Program-made: the position numbers and the translations under genes
Notes under the pieces: model-generated
Told to the model about the DNA's origin: nothing
What the model saw: only the letters and a program-made list of their open reading frames with translations
The model's database searches: none
Assembly: GCA_965153285.1 (NCBI GenBank)
Contig: OZ229118.1
Direction: 5' to 3' (one strand)
DNA: 64,000 nucleotides
DNA from: Podarcis tiliguerta
Lineage: Eukaryota
Shown: in pieces, positions 26,115 to 39,013 of the stretch
Layout: every line of letters starts with the position of its first letter
Position numbering within the stretch: position 1 is the first letter of the stretch

Positions 26115-28389
26115 GGAGTCATTGTTTGGGGATTCCTTTCTCCTCATGAGAGGTCATAGCACAAGTAGTAGTACTTAGCATTTAGCCGTGCTTATGGCGT
26201 CTAGAGTACCCATGTGTTCTACACTAGAGATGACCGTCCACTATTTGAAGGGATGTCTAATCCCAAATCCAGTATAAAGATAAGAAATGAGATGAAGAAT
26301 GAGCAGGAGCCCTGAAGCTGCCCATCAATAATAAGTTTGTATCTGGACTGAGCAGGCAAACAGGTCACCTGCTCACAGCAGGGGTGCCTTCTCACCCTCG
26401 GGATTGTGGGTGCCTGCCGCTGCACCTGTGCAACGCCACAGGCTCATGCATGCGCATAGTGCGTGAGACGTCACACAGTCAGTGAGGCATCCTTTTCCAT
26501 GGGGAGGGACTTAGAGGCAGAGAGACTCTGCCTCCTTGCCCAAGCCTCACCCCCCAGAAAAGGATGCCTTGCTCACTGGCTGCAGAGGACAGAACTCAAA
26601 TGCTTCTCTCCTGGCTATTTCCATTGACTTTGTGGGTGCCCGGCCCCCACAATTATATTATTGTGGGTGTCCAAACATGCACAGCCCCCTGAAGTTGGCT
26701 CCAGTCTTCTCCACTATGGTGAGATGCAACTTCCAGAGGGAAGTCATGTTAAGGTTCATCCATGTTAGAGGAATTAAAGTAATTCTTTCTATATTTTCAT
26801 CTGTAGCTATAGATTAGCTGCAGATTAGCACATTTTATGCAAATCTGTGCCCTTCTTTTGGTGAGACCACCCCAGACAATGGTTTCCTTAAATAGGGTTG
26901 ATTTCCTACTAATAAAGAGGAGCAAGAGGAAGGCATCCTTTTCTGTGGTGATCAAACACACAACTTAGGAGCCTGGTACATGGAAGGAGACCTGTTTCCA
27001 TTTGATGAACTTTATTATCCTTTTGACACCAAAGCAAAGATAGGTTTGTTTTCATGAGCTTTTAAAACACAATGTAAATCCTACCAACTGTTTTATGTTG
27101 CATATATAATTTTGTGGCTTTTAGGTTTTTAAAAATGCTATTATTTATTTTTGTTCTTTTTGTTAAAAGCCCTGGGGAAATATATAAAAGCTCTTACAGT
27201 AAAAAAATAATATGTTAATTTAGACAACCTCTAACTCCTTGGGAAGGAAGATACTGAGGGCACCATTTAAAGCATATTCAACTCCCATCATTTCCCCCAA
27301 AGAATCATGAGAACTATAGTTTAACCCTCACAGAGCCACAGGTCCGTGCACCCTTAGCAAACTACAGTTCCCAGGATTCTTTTGGGAATCCAGGGAGTCA
27401 TGTGTTTTAAATGTGCATTGGAAATACTTAAAATGTATGGTGTGGATTTGCCCTATTAAGCTGGAAACCCATGGACTCCAGAGGAAGTATCAAGAGGCAT
27501 TCCACCCCTTCTTACTCAGCCTCATCTTGCCCCCTGATGTCACTAAGTTTCAAATCATGACGTGCGTTCTTCATTCAAGTTCAGCCTTTTAAAAACTCCA
27601 CATGTACTCCCAGATTGTCCTTCTGTAATGCCATCAGCAAATGTATTCCGGTCCTTCATTCAGACCAATATTAGATTCATATTACTTTCTCTGCAGAGTC
27701 TGTCGGAGTCTTCCCTGCAGGCCAAATGTTTCTCATCACTGCTTGAGCTGATCTATGTTTCAGCCATTTGGCATAAATCCTCCTTACTTGCATGAATCAA
27801 GTGTCGAGAGTCTTGACATGCTCATAAGTTACCGCGCTGAGCCTAGGTCCAGCCTGATTATAAAACATTTAACTGGGGATGCTCAGTTAGAACCCAGATT
27901 TGTTCAATGATCAAAAACATAGCTGAGGGCTGGGAACACAAATCACTTTTAGAGGTCTGTGATCTTGTAAGTTATTATACTTAAAGGGATGCTGGAAGGA
28001 AGGAGAACAGAAAGGCACACGATGTACCCAGGAAAATGCAACTTTTTATTACTTGGGAATGCAGACCTGACCAGCTCAGGAAACTGATGATCAGTCTGTG
28101 TCATGGAAAGTTAGAAATACAACATGTTAAATTATAGAAATTACCTAGCATTTCTCAAGTATGGATCTGGTGGGCCAACCTACCTCCATTTCTAAAGAGG
28201 AAAGCTGGCATGTTGCTGGGTAAGGTAAAGGTAAAGGGACCCCTGACCATTAGGTCCAGTCGTGGCCGACTCTGGGGTTTTGGTACCAAGTGTATATTAT
28301 GCTGCCATATGTCCTATCCCAGGAAACTATTCCTAAGCAAGTAAAGAGTACCCGACATTGCTCAGGAATTATTGGAAACAAAGAAAATA

Positions 28390-28617
28390 CAGTGGTACCT
28401 CGGGTTACAGACGCTTCAGGTTACAGACGCTTCAGGTTACAGACACTTCAGGTTACAGACTCTGCTACCCCAGAAATAGTACCTCGGGTTAAGAACAGAA
28501 ATTGCACGGCAGCAGTGGGAGGCCCCATTAGCTAAAGTGGTACCTCAGATTAAGAATGGTTTCAGGTTAAGAACGGACCTTCAGAACGAATTAAGTTCTT
28601 AACCCGAGGTACCACTG
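28390..28617 (+). mobile_element. Tigger/pogo-like (Tc1/mariner) MITE
   Basis: TIR CAGTGGTACCTCGGGTTA / TAACCCGAGGTACCACTG, TA on both sides. Confidence 0.9.
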
Positions 28618-31600
28618 TAATGAGATTTATAAATGGGTAATCTAATGTGTTTTTAAAATACATATTTTCATTGCAATGCTGTTGGGTACACATAACATAC
28701 AATCCTGTCAATTTTGGGTAAAATCTGTGCATCTTGATTCAAAATGGAATCAAATAATACCCAAACATAGGCAAAAAAATCTGCTCCTCTGGGTGAAGCG
28801 CTGAAGGCTCGTGGTTAAAAACCTTCCAGTGTCTATTCTCCTTTTTGTAACCCAACTTTTTGCAATCCAAAGGGTGGGAGAAATATCGTGGCTCATGAGG
28901 AGACCCTCCATACAGCCTAAAGAGGCTGTCATTGAGGGTGGAGGATGCCCCAAAGAGACCAGAGGCACAGCAGGGCTTTCTTTATGCTGCTCAGCCTCCC
29001 CACCTAGCAGCTGGTGTGTGCAGTAGCACAGCAGCACTTCCCTGCACATCCTCTAGCCTCCTGCCAGCTCCAGAGCTTCAATTCTAGTTGTGGATATTTT
29101 TGGATACAATATTTTTGGTACAGATTGAAGAGAGAGCAGCAGATAGGGTGTTTAAAGGGTGTTTAGAGGGTGCTCCCCACAATTTCACTTATGAATACAT
29201 GAGCCTGGAACGTAACACCCATGTAAATGGAAGGATGCCTGTACTCCCAATACAAACAGACAGGATCATTCCTTGTCTGAAGAAGAAAATGTTCTGTCAT
29301 TGTGTGATTTGTGCTCTGCTTTTTCCTTTTCCTCCTTTCAGTCAGGAGGGAATATATAATTGGTCCATCTAGCCCAATATTGTCTACTTTGATTGGCAGG
29401 AACTCTGCAGGCTCTCAGAGTTCTTTCCCACCTGCTACTACCTGATTCTTTTAACAAGATTATTTTCTCAACTGGCTCCATATATTTAAAGCACAAGGCT
29501 TCCCCCAAAGAATTCTGGAAAGTGTAGTTCACTCTGCCCAGCACCCCTAACAAACTGAAGTTGCCAGGATTCTTTGGGTGAAGGCATGTTATTTAAATGT
29601 TCGTTGTTTACACAGCCCAATTGTTTTATTTTATTAGTGATGGCAGGAATGGCACTTTTTGCATGCAAGGAATGTGCCCTACCACTGAGCCAGGGTTCCA
29701 GCTCAGAACAGCAGATTGGGCAGAAACTAGAGAAGGGAGAGCTATTCAGTGTTATTAAATCCACATGTTCCAAAACAATACGAGAACCGAAACACAAAAG
29801 CCCTCTGAAGTTTGCACTTATCTGAATTTTGCAATGCAATTCCCCAACCAAGTTGTGTTTGCAAAAAAATGCATGTTAGGGTGAGATGTGCATAAAAATG
29901 AATAGATTAGTTAAAACGACATACAAAAAATGCATTAAATTAGGAGAAATTGCTTGCAAAAATTATACATCAGTAAAATGTATTATTAGAAGAAATTTGC
30001 ACTAATATGCTAAAGAATTCTCATGATTTTTGCATTTAAATTGCACATTGAAGCTGAAATGCGGAGAAGTGAATTTAATATTAGAAAAATGAGAAACCCC
30101 CCCAAAAAGTGGAATTGACAGATCCTTAGTAGAAACACAGGATCAGTGACTCTAAAGGGGCCTGGGATGAAACTCTAAAAGTATTTCTTTCTTCTTCTTC
30201 TTTTTTCTTCCCCAAATGTACAAATAAAGCATTCCTCTAATTCTCATTCCAGGGCCACCCTCAGAAGATAGGGAAACATGCTTCTAGAAGAAGGAGCAGG
30301 AAGGAAAAACTTATTGAGATGCTTGAGTAGTTTTAATTTAACTTAGCCTAGCTGAGTGGAATCAAGGATAAGTGCTTTGTCCTTTCCAAGTGAAATGAAT
30401 GCACTCTTCTCAGCACAGAAATACATTCTGTTGTTCTGAGGCAATGGGCAGTGTAGTGAGATGCTAGCTGTGAGATTTGCAGTTAGGAACGCATCACATA
30501 TTAAGATGTAACACGAAGGCTGGCAACCCACTTCAGCTAAGTTGTCCTTCAGTAACACAATGTATCACGACAGGAAAGGAGAGAAGCAGAGATCCTTTAT
30601 CAGTCTAATGCTTCTGGAATGTTACGGTAGTATAAATTACTTGAGTAAAATAAATAGAACTGCCATGTTACTTGATTAGCTTATTTTGTCTTCCAGCTGC
30701 TCACTGGACTTTTCTAGGGTTGAAAAATTTGATATTCTAAGGGAGGGTGGCTGTAGTCCATCCCCACACTTACGTATAATTAGGACAGCATTGTGCACCA
30801 TTTTTAATGCTTTTGAAATGTATCTCCATTCTACTGGTACCCCAGACAGCTGAGGAAACAAAATATGGGAAAATATAGCTTACTGGGTTGAACCCAAAAG
30901 TGACCTTCCATTAACAAAGGAGTTCTTTTGATGGTGGAAGCAGTGATGCTGTTAGATAATAATAGACTCTAAACTTTTTAGAATTTTTGACTTAGACCTG
31001 AGCCTGCCCCCAACCCATTAAATGTATTCATTATTATATATATATATATATTTACATTCTGCCCATTCCAGCAACATTCTCTAGATGATAAGCTGCACCC
31101 TTGCTGCACTTTGAGGCCCTCCTACTTGTTTGGCTGAGAGGGGCTCTGGATCTCTGCCCCAAAGCAGAGATTATGAATTTTCTCAATTTTATCCCTTTGT
31201 ATTTTTGTAAACCACTTTGAGTATTTTTCGCAATCAAGCAGTGTATAAATTTAATGAAGTAAATAAATAAATAGAATCTGAACTTTGGGAGTTCTTATTT
31301 CTAAAGTGGAACTGATGTATTAGAGAGCCTCCATTTATATGTTTCATTTCCAAATTCTATACAGAGTACTGCGAATGTGCAGTTTGTCACAGCTTTCAGC
31401 ACCATTCCTTGTTTTCCATCCTTCACCCTCCTCTGTGTTACAGGTGTTGATGTGTGCACTGATAAAAGGCTGCAAGAGGAATCTTGGCATGGTCACAAAT
31501 CCAATCATATACTTAATCCGTACTTGTAATGTGCAATGGCAGCTTCAGCTGCACAGGCTCCATGGATCTATTTCAGTGAATAGACAAATCTGGAAAATAG

Positions 31601-31756
31601 GTCCACTCTGCCACCTAGCTCCAAGGCAGTGGTGAAGCTGGAACCATGTCTGTGCAGCCCAACCTCACTGTTGCCTGCGCTGCCCACATAAACTGCAGTG
31701 ATACTGGTGTTAGGAGGGCAGCACCATTGCTCTGGACCACCATGTGGCCTGCTGTT

Positions 31757-32034
31757 GAGAAGAAGAAGAGGAGGAGGAAGAGGAGGAGGAGTTTGGATTG
31801 ATATCCCACTTTATCACTCCCCTTAAGGAGTCTCAAAGCGGCTAACAATCTCCTTTCCCTTCCTTCCCCCCCCCCCACAACAAACACTCTGTGAGGTGAG
31901 TGGGGCTGAGAGACTTCAAAGAAGTGTGACTAGCCCAAGGTCACCCAGCAGCTGCATGTGGAGGAGCGGGGACGTGAAAACGGTTCACCAGATTATGAGT
32001 CTACCGCTCTTAACCACTACACTACATTGGCTCT
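31757..32034 (-). mobile_element. Squam3-like tRNA-headed SINE
   Basis: Reverse complement of the 9093/47816 family, with (GAA/GAG)n tail at the left. Confidence 0.85.
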
Positions 32035-32054
32035 GAGTACACCTTGTGGTCCAT

Positions 32055-32539
32055 TGTTGTTGTTCTTAAGTCGTTTAGTCATGTCTGACTCTTTGTGACC
32101 CCCATGGACCAGAGCACGCCAGGCACTCCTGTCTTCCACTGCCTCCCGCAGTTTAGCCAAACTCATGCTGTTAGCTTCGAGAACACAATCCAACCATCTC
32201 GTCCTCTGTCATCCCCTTTTCTTTGTGCCCTCCATCTTTCCCAACATCAGGGTCTTTTCCAGGGAGTCTTCTCTTCTCATGAGGTGGCCAAAGAATTGAA
32301 GTCTCAGCTTCAGGATCTGTCCTTCCAGTGAGCATTCAGGGCTGATTTCCTTAAGAATGGGTAGGTTGGATCTTCTTGCAGTCCATGGGACTCTCAAGAG
32401 TCTCCTCCAGCACCATAATTCAAAAGCATTGATTCTTCAGCTATTAGCCTTCTTTATGGTCCAGTTCTCACTTCCATACATCACTACTGGGAAAACCATA
32501 GCTTTAACTATACGGACCTTTGTTGGCAAGGTGATGTCT
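32055..32539 (-). mobile_element. BovB/RTE LINE 3' fragment
   Basis: (CAA)n tail; RVPWTARRSN..LKEISPECSLEG peptide; 12-bp TSD CTTGTGGTCCAT / CTTGTAGTCCAT. Confidence 0.93.
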
Positions 32540-32689
32540 CTTGTAGTCCATACAGACAGTTATTTCAAAGTGCTGGAGTAATGAGTTGCACCTCCATACT
32601 TTAATACCTGTTTTCCAAGGACCTGATAGTAAGTCAGGCACTTACCCTTCAATAAGCCGCAATTATTACCTACAAATATTTATCGGGGG

Positions 32690-32850
32690 GGCTTAGTAGT
32701 TGCTGGAAACCACAGGAAGGTAGAGTGCTCTTGTGTTCATCATCTGCTTGATGGCTTCCCACGGGCATCTGGTTAGCCACTATGAGAACAGGATCCTGGA
32801 CTAGATGGGCCATTGGCTTGATCCAGAGGATATTCTTGTGTTCTTATGTT
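32690..32850 (+). mobile_element. Old CR1-clade 3' end fragment
   Basis: GGACTAGATGGGCCATTGGCTTGATCCAG..TTCTTGTGTTCTTATG tail; a related fragment lies at ~59400-59620. Confidence 0.55.
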
Positions 32851-33052
32851 ATTATATAGTCATTACTTATATCTTACAGGGATTTCAATACCAGCTTTCA
32901 TTCCAATTCCCAAAGAGTGCAGTTTTCATGTTTTTTAAATGTAGCAGAACAAATTAAGCACATGCAAATATTTCTACTAAACTGCAGAGTAAATGGAGAA
33001 AAATAAAAACATAACCTTTTTGTGTTTTGGGTTGGCTTGCTTGTTTCTGATA

Positions 33053-33190
33053 TAGTTCAGTCAGTAGAGCATGAGACTCTAATCACGGGGTTGTGGGTTC
33101 GAGCCCCATGTTGGGCAAAAGATTCCTGCACTGCAGGGGGTTGGACTAGATAAACCTTGTGGTGCTTTCCATCTCTACACTTCTATGCTT
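33053..33190 (+). mobile_element. tRNA-Lys(CTT)-derived SINE with CR1 tail
   Basis: TAGTTCAGTCAGTAGAGCATGAGACTCT-AATC..GGGTTCGAGCCCCATGTTGGGCA resembles tRNA-Lys; followed by GGGGGTTGGACTAGAT..TTCTATG CR1-like 3' end. Confidence 0.8.
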
Positions 33191-36100
33191 CATATTATCC
33201 ATTGAAACACTTTTCCTGACTCATGTCTCTTTCTTTGCAAAGTAACTCAACTATTCCAAGTTTAAGATTATAGGCTCAGAGCATTTTAACATCTAGGCTG
33301 CCAAGGAGGCAAGGGGGTCTTTATCTGATTCTATATTCTGAGCCTGGCACAGAGGAACAATTTTATCTTCATTTCTAAAGTGAAGCTGTCAAATCCCTGA
33401 GAACCAGTCCGTCAAAGTGAGGATTGGAAAAGAAACAGATTTTACACACTGTGGTGACCTTTGTGGGCTGCTGTATGTAATTCGTGTGAAAAGCCATCAA
33501 AATTAGAAAGCAAAAAAAATAACAAAAAAATCCCCACACCTGTCAATATTTCAAAATGTCAGGCTTCTTGCTCTTTGAAATGTCTTCTAGATAAGCAGTC
33601 TTTTTTTGCACGGGATGACTGCCCAATAGCTTTTAAAGACAGCTGTATCATTTGTAAACAATTTTTAGCATTATATGTGATATACAGATAGGATCCCGGT
33701 GTTTACTGTGCTATGGCTGTAGCATAAGTTTGGGTAGGAAACATGTGCCATTATTTACTACTTACACAGGAGCAAAGTTGAATGAGAAGTTGGATTATTG
33801 TGTTGACACACTATCTGAAACACTGAAATTAGTTTCTATTCTGGGTCTGAGCAGCCTGGGATTGTATATCAAATACCCAGCCTGGCAGTTCCTCTTTTAC
33901 CTTTTCTTTGTTCACCTTTTTCTGCTGCTCAGCCTTAAGAACAGTGATTAGGAAAGGCACTGCTCAGCTACATTTTCTATAAAGCAGTTTGGGATGCTGC
34001 TGTTTTCTTTTTTTTTTTCAAAACTGGATATAAAAGAGGTTGGTATTACTGCAATTGCAGGAGCAAAATACTGCATCGCCTTATTTTAGGAGCAGATTCT
34101 CCCCTTGCCCAGTATTCCATTTTCTATGTTCTTATCTCCTGTCCAATGTTAATTCTAGTTCTTAGGTAGGGAAAGAGAGGAGCAGTCTTACCTCTTTCAT
34201 AATAAATTTGATAGCAGAAATCCTAGTCATTTTTCTAGGAGTAGAAATAATCCACATGACAAGATGAACAATACATATATCACCACCGGGCCTCCTAAAC
34301 AGAAAAATATATTGGGCCAATATACCTCTCTTAAAGTATATGCAAATATAACAATTATATGCAGAGCTAGAAGCATTTCATGGAGTCTTTCACTGCTAAA
34401 GCAATCCTTGTAATTTTCAAAACAAAAAATGAAGAGGCATTACTGTTTATCTGTTTTGCTAATCAGGCTAATTGGGCAGGTCAATCCAACTAATTGTGAG
34501 ATTTTTCTGTGGTGGCTCCACACCTTTTGAAATCCCTCCCTGTAAAACTGAGGCAGGCTATACTGCAGACTTAAAGACTGCTTTGTACTCACTGGCCTCG
34601 CCTGAGTGGTTCTTTTTTTATCGTTGATTTAAGCAGTACCCATTTTTATACTGTAGTTTTCTATTGTTTGTAAGCCACCTTTTACAGAACTCTGCCCCCA
34701 AAAGTGGCATATAAATATTATAAAATAAAAAAAATATTCTGAAACCCTATTGAGTCCAATGGGACTTATTCCCAAATGTGGGATTGCAGCCTGAGTCTAC
34801 ACAACACCTCCTCACCTCCATGTTCCGATTCCTACGGTAGGGAAGAGTAGGAAGCCAAGGGAGATTCTTGTGTGTCATCCAACAACCTGTTGGACTTACA
34901 CTGGCAGGACAGAAGAAATGACTTTGGAGTGCTCCATTCTTCTATGGGTGTGTGTTTGTTTTTAGCCTCACCTCCCAGAGCAGTGAGAAGTCTGGTAGCA
35001 CTGTTGATTGTTTAGTTCTTTAGGATGAGGCTGCACTGGAAAAGAACAATATTTACAGATATTCAAGGAGAGCATAGTAGAAGCAAATAAGACCCTTATA
35101 AGTAGGTAGCAGAGCCTCTGATCTTGCTTTGCAATCACAAAGAGAATGTGTTTCAATCAGCTCCAAGGTCACATCCAAGTTTTAGCTAACCACAGCTAAA
35201 AACTTTTCACTTTTCCCCTGTCTCTCTAAATTCAATCTGGAAATCTGGTTCCAAACAATTTATCTGCCCTTCCCCTAAGCTAGAGGGTGTCATCTTTCAA
35301 ACTTTGATAGGTATTCTCTTCCATAGGCTGGAAAGAGATTCCCATCTATCACGACTATTTTTGCTGCTATTCAAGTCCTTCATTGGTTGTCTGCTCATAG
35401 TAATCAAGACAGCCCAAACTCATTACACCACCCTTTCTTGAAAGGAGATCTGGTCGCTAGAGCTAGATAAGGCCTACAGTTCATCCTAGAAAAGAAGATA
35501 AATGGATTACTTAAACAGAAGACAAAAATACAGAGAGATTCATGGTTAACTATTTGCTGAAACATTTCTCCTTCTTTGGAATTAGCAATCATTATCCCCA
35601 TCCCCATTAACTGTTTTCAATCATAGGCAAAGCTATCCTTTTGCTCAATTACAGAAAGTATTCACCATAAACAAAATAAAAAAGTCAAATGTTTGATCTT
35701 TAAGCAAGCAATTCACATCCCACTCCTCAACTCTTAGGAGATCCCCTGTGAGATGGCTTGGGAGATCCACTGGCCAATAACAGAGGTATAGCATCATTTT
35801 AGGGCCACTTTGCTGAGGTGATACAAGGATCTGCATTTAAAAGGTAGCAAAGGGGTAGACAATGTGGTGTCCTCTGGATATTGTTGGACTGCAACTCTCA
35901 TCATCCTTGACCACTGGCCAAGTGGGCTGGGACTGGTGGAAGCTGGAGTTGAGCAACAGTAGGTTAGCCACCCCAGCTCTAAAATTTGTTGGTAGAATAG
36001 CTTAGCTCACACACAAACATGAAGAGAGCTTGGATACAATTTGTACTTTCATTGACTGGAACTCTACGTGCAACCACCCACCAGCTATATGCCTTGCTAC

Positions 36101-38447
36101 ATTCTAGAGCCCCGTGTGCAGTGGTTGTCATTACTGCCTGCCCAGTCATGGAAGAACAAAAGAATATGACTGTAGGTTCCTGGTGGAGCTTATTACAATC
36201 ACTCAAAACCTCAGTAGATACTGCACAGCCACAGGACACTGTGAAATTGTGGTTCCCTTGAATGTTACCAAGAGGAATGTATGGGATTTGACAGTCTGGC
36301 TTCTGGGGCTGATATGCAAATATCTTTGCACATACACTCAATGATTTATTTTCTATTTGTTATTAAAAATATTTATTTTTATTTCATAAAAAGCTGCCTA
36401 GTGGTAGGTTCAATCCCAGAGAGCCCTTTCCAGATATTGCCAGATAAGGAAAGCAACCTGGGTACAGTGGGGTTCCCTGTGGGGAGGCTTTTGCATGCAT
36501 GGAGAAGCTTCCTTCATGACTGAAAATTGTGATGACACAGGGAGCCTACACAAGCACAAAAGCTACATGCTGGCTGGGACTGGATGGTACCAGCTTAGAG
36601 AAGGTTGGTCTTGTGCATGTCCATAAGGGTCAAGTCTTGTGGAGATGTGGCAAGAAAAAGGCAGCACCAAAAATGAGTGCCATGCATTTTATGAATCCCA
36701 CAAAATAAAAGGGAACCATCATTATGCATTATTCTGAAAACTCAGAAAGGTGAGAATATCTGGAGGGACTTTGTGGTACATACGTACTAAGACTTACGAA
36801 TCACAGAAGATTGAGAATTGAATTCTAAAATGAGAACCCTGTTAGAAGCCTAAGAAATAATCCCCAATACTATTACAGCAGAATAAAGCATCAATTACCA
36901 TAACATGCACAGAGTATAAAAACATAAATAAATATGGGACTTACTATTTTTATGCCTTGTGAGTACAGCGGTGTGCTTTAATGTAGAGCCACAGTGGAAT
37001 TCAAGCTCACCTGCGATCTCAGATCTGCTTAAATCCTTTTTACTTCTCTACGGGCATATAATACACATGCCAACTTGTGCATAAAATTGAATCAACCAAA
37101 CAGTGTTAAGTCTGATGGTTCAGTAATTACTAGGTGGCTTAGTGTTTGGATTCTACTGCTGTCAAAGACAGTTTGATTCAATACTTATTTATGCCAGTCA
37201 CAAATTCCATCTCTCTGAGTTACAAGCAGTCTTTTGATTCTTAAAGTATTTGAACAAAATAGCTCTTTCTGGCAGCTGAGGGCTTTTTGGCAGGGAATTA
37301 GACTAGTTTTAATGTCTTAATCTAGCACACGCCACTGCATCAAAGCTGGATGTGCAAGCAAAGATGAGATGATAAATAGGAGGGCGATCGAGTGAAATAA
37401 ATTGTTTCATTTTCTTTGCAGCATGTGTACCTGTTCCACTACAAATACTGTTTAACCTTAAACAGGGTGATCCTGTGCATATTGATTCAGAAATCCTTCT
37501 GAGCTTAATGGGACTTACTCCAAGTAAGATTGCAGCTCTATAGCAATAGGGGTGGAAGAATCTGTCAATTTCAGTTTCTCTCCAATCCTCATTTTTTCCA
37601 GCTTTGAGTTGCCATATTTGTGTATCAATTTGCAGTTAAAAGAATAATGAAACTATGTCAGTGTTCCAGTGTGCATTCCTCCTACTGTACACTTTCTCAG
37701 GAATGCCAACTTGAATAAAACATTGGGAGGGGCAGGTGAGCCCCGCCCCACACAATCACATCACGTGATGCAAGCGCACCATTTGTCCATCAACTTTGGG
37801 TGGGGTGGGGACCAGGAAATTTGGGTGGTGAGACAAAGCCTTCTCCTTTTCCTCCTTTCTCAGCAACTTCCTGTCCCAAAGGCGGTTAACTGATAGGTGG
37901 AAGGTCAAGTTTGTGGTACAAACTTGTTACATGCTAACACAGCCTTTTTGAAGTCAACCTTTACAAGCAAGCTACTACAAAATAAGGAAGCTGATTTAAA
38001 TTCAGCTACGAGCCGATTGCAAGTGACCAATAATTACCTTGTGGGCTCCAGGTGTGATGAAGGTTGTCAACACGTTTTGATAGGTGCTACTGAGACTACA
38101 AAGCAGCCAGAAATACTACCAAACTCTGAAACAGAACAAGTTAAAAAATGAGATACGGCAGTTTGAGTATCAGGCCCAAGAAGAGGCACTGCAAAAAAGC
38201 AGAAATTCTATGTATTTCTATTCAAAGTACTATTCAAAATGGCCATACAATCTGTTGAAGAGAGATTCCAACAGCTACAACAATGCAATTCCCTATTTGG
38301 CTTCCTGTATGATATGTATAGTGTCAATTAAAAAATCTGCTGAAGGTGTACTTAGGGTCTGCGGGAATTTGAAGAAATCATTGATGCACAATGGAAACAA
38401 CGATGTTGTTATAGGTTTGAGGGCACTAAATGCCTGGGTTTAGTAAA

Positions 38448-39013
38448 TGTTGGGATTTATTTATGTTAAAATGGCATGTCAGACTGGCTTGTCTTAAAAC
38501 ATGTGTTAGACGCTGTTAGTTCTATGAAATTAGCATGTGAGATGGCTAATTAAGTCAGTCCCTGTGTGCTGAGCTGTGTGTCAGACATCCCTAAACCCGT
38601 GGAATCAACAAGTGTAAAAGGTGTTGGAATCAGCCTGGTTTCCTTTGAGGTGATGGTCTAGCAACAATCAGAGGATTGAGGCCTTGGCCGGTGTTATAAA
38701 AGGCAGAAACAATGAAAGCTTGGGAGGAACAGTAGTGATGCAAACTAACAGGAGGAAGTTAGGGGTCAGAGAGACATGGCTTTTTGCTGCTAGGCTGCTA
38801 GGCTATAGTCCGGAGAGGAACAGAAACCTCCTGAAGAGTAATATTGTAGACTTCTTCATATAGGCTTTAGGTTGTATATATGTGTAAATAAACCATATAT
38901 CCTAAAGACACTACAGTGTCCTCTGTGCCTCATGGCCATAAAGGAAACACAGACCCTTCATGGTACTCCTGTAATCTCACACCCTTGCTCTGAGACTGGG
39001 GTAGCATGTAACA
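38448..39013 (+). mobile_element. Putative solo LTR
   Basis: TGTT...AACA termini, TATAAAA at ~38695, AATAAA at ~38887; no matching TSD seen. Confidence 0.45.

Noticed and set aside
28403-28460. CRISPR-like direct repeats
   Set aside because: Contiguous 16-bp tandem units without unique spacers inside a MITE; eukaryotic context and no cas genes.
33053-33117. Functional tRNA-Lys gene
   Set aside because: Deletion in the anticodon loop, decayed acceptor stem and a CR1 tail instead of a poly-T terminator; it is a SINE head. The same applies to the tRNA-Asn-like sequence at 20881-20950.
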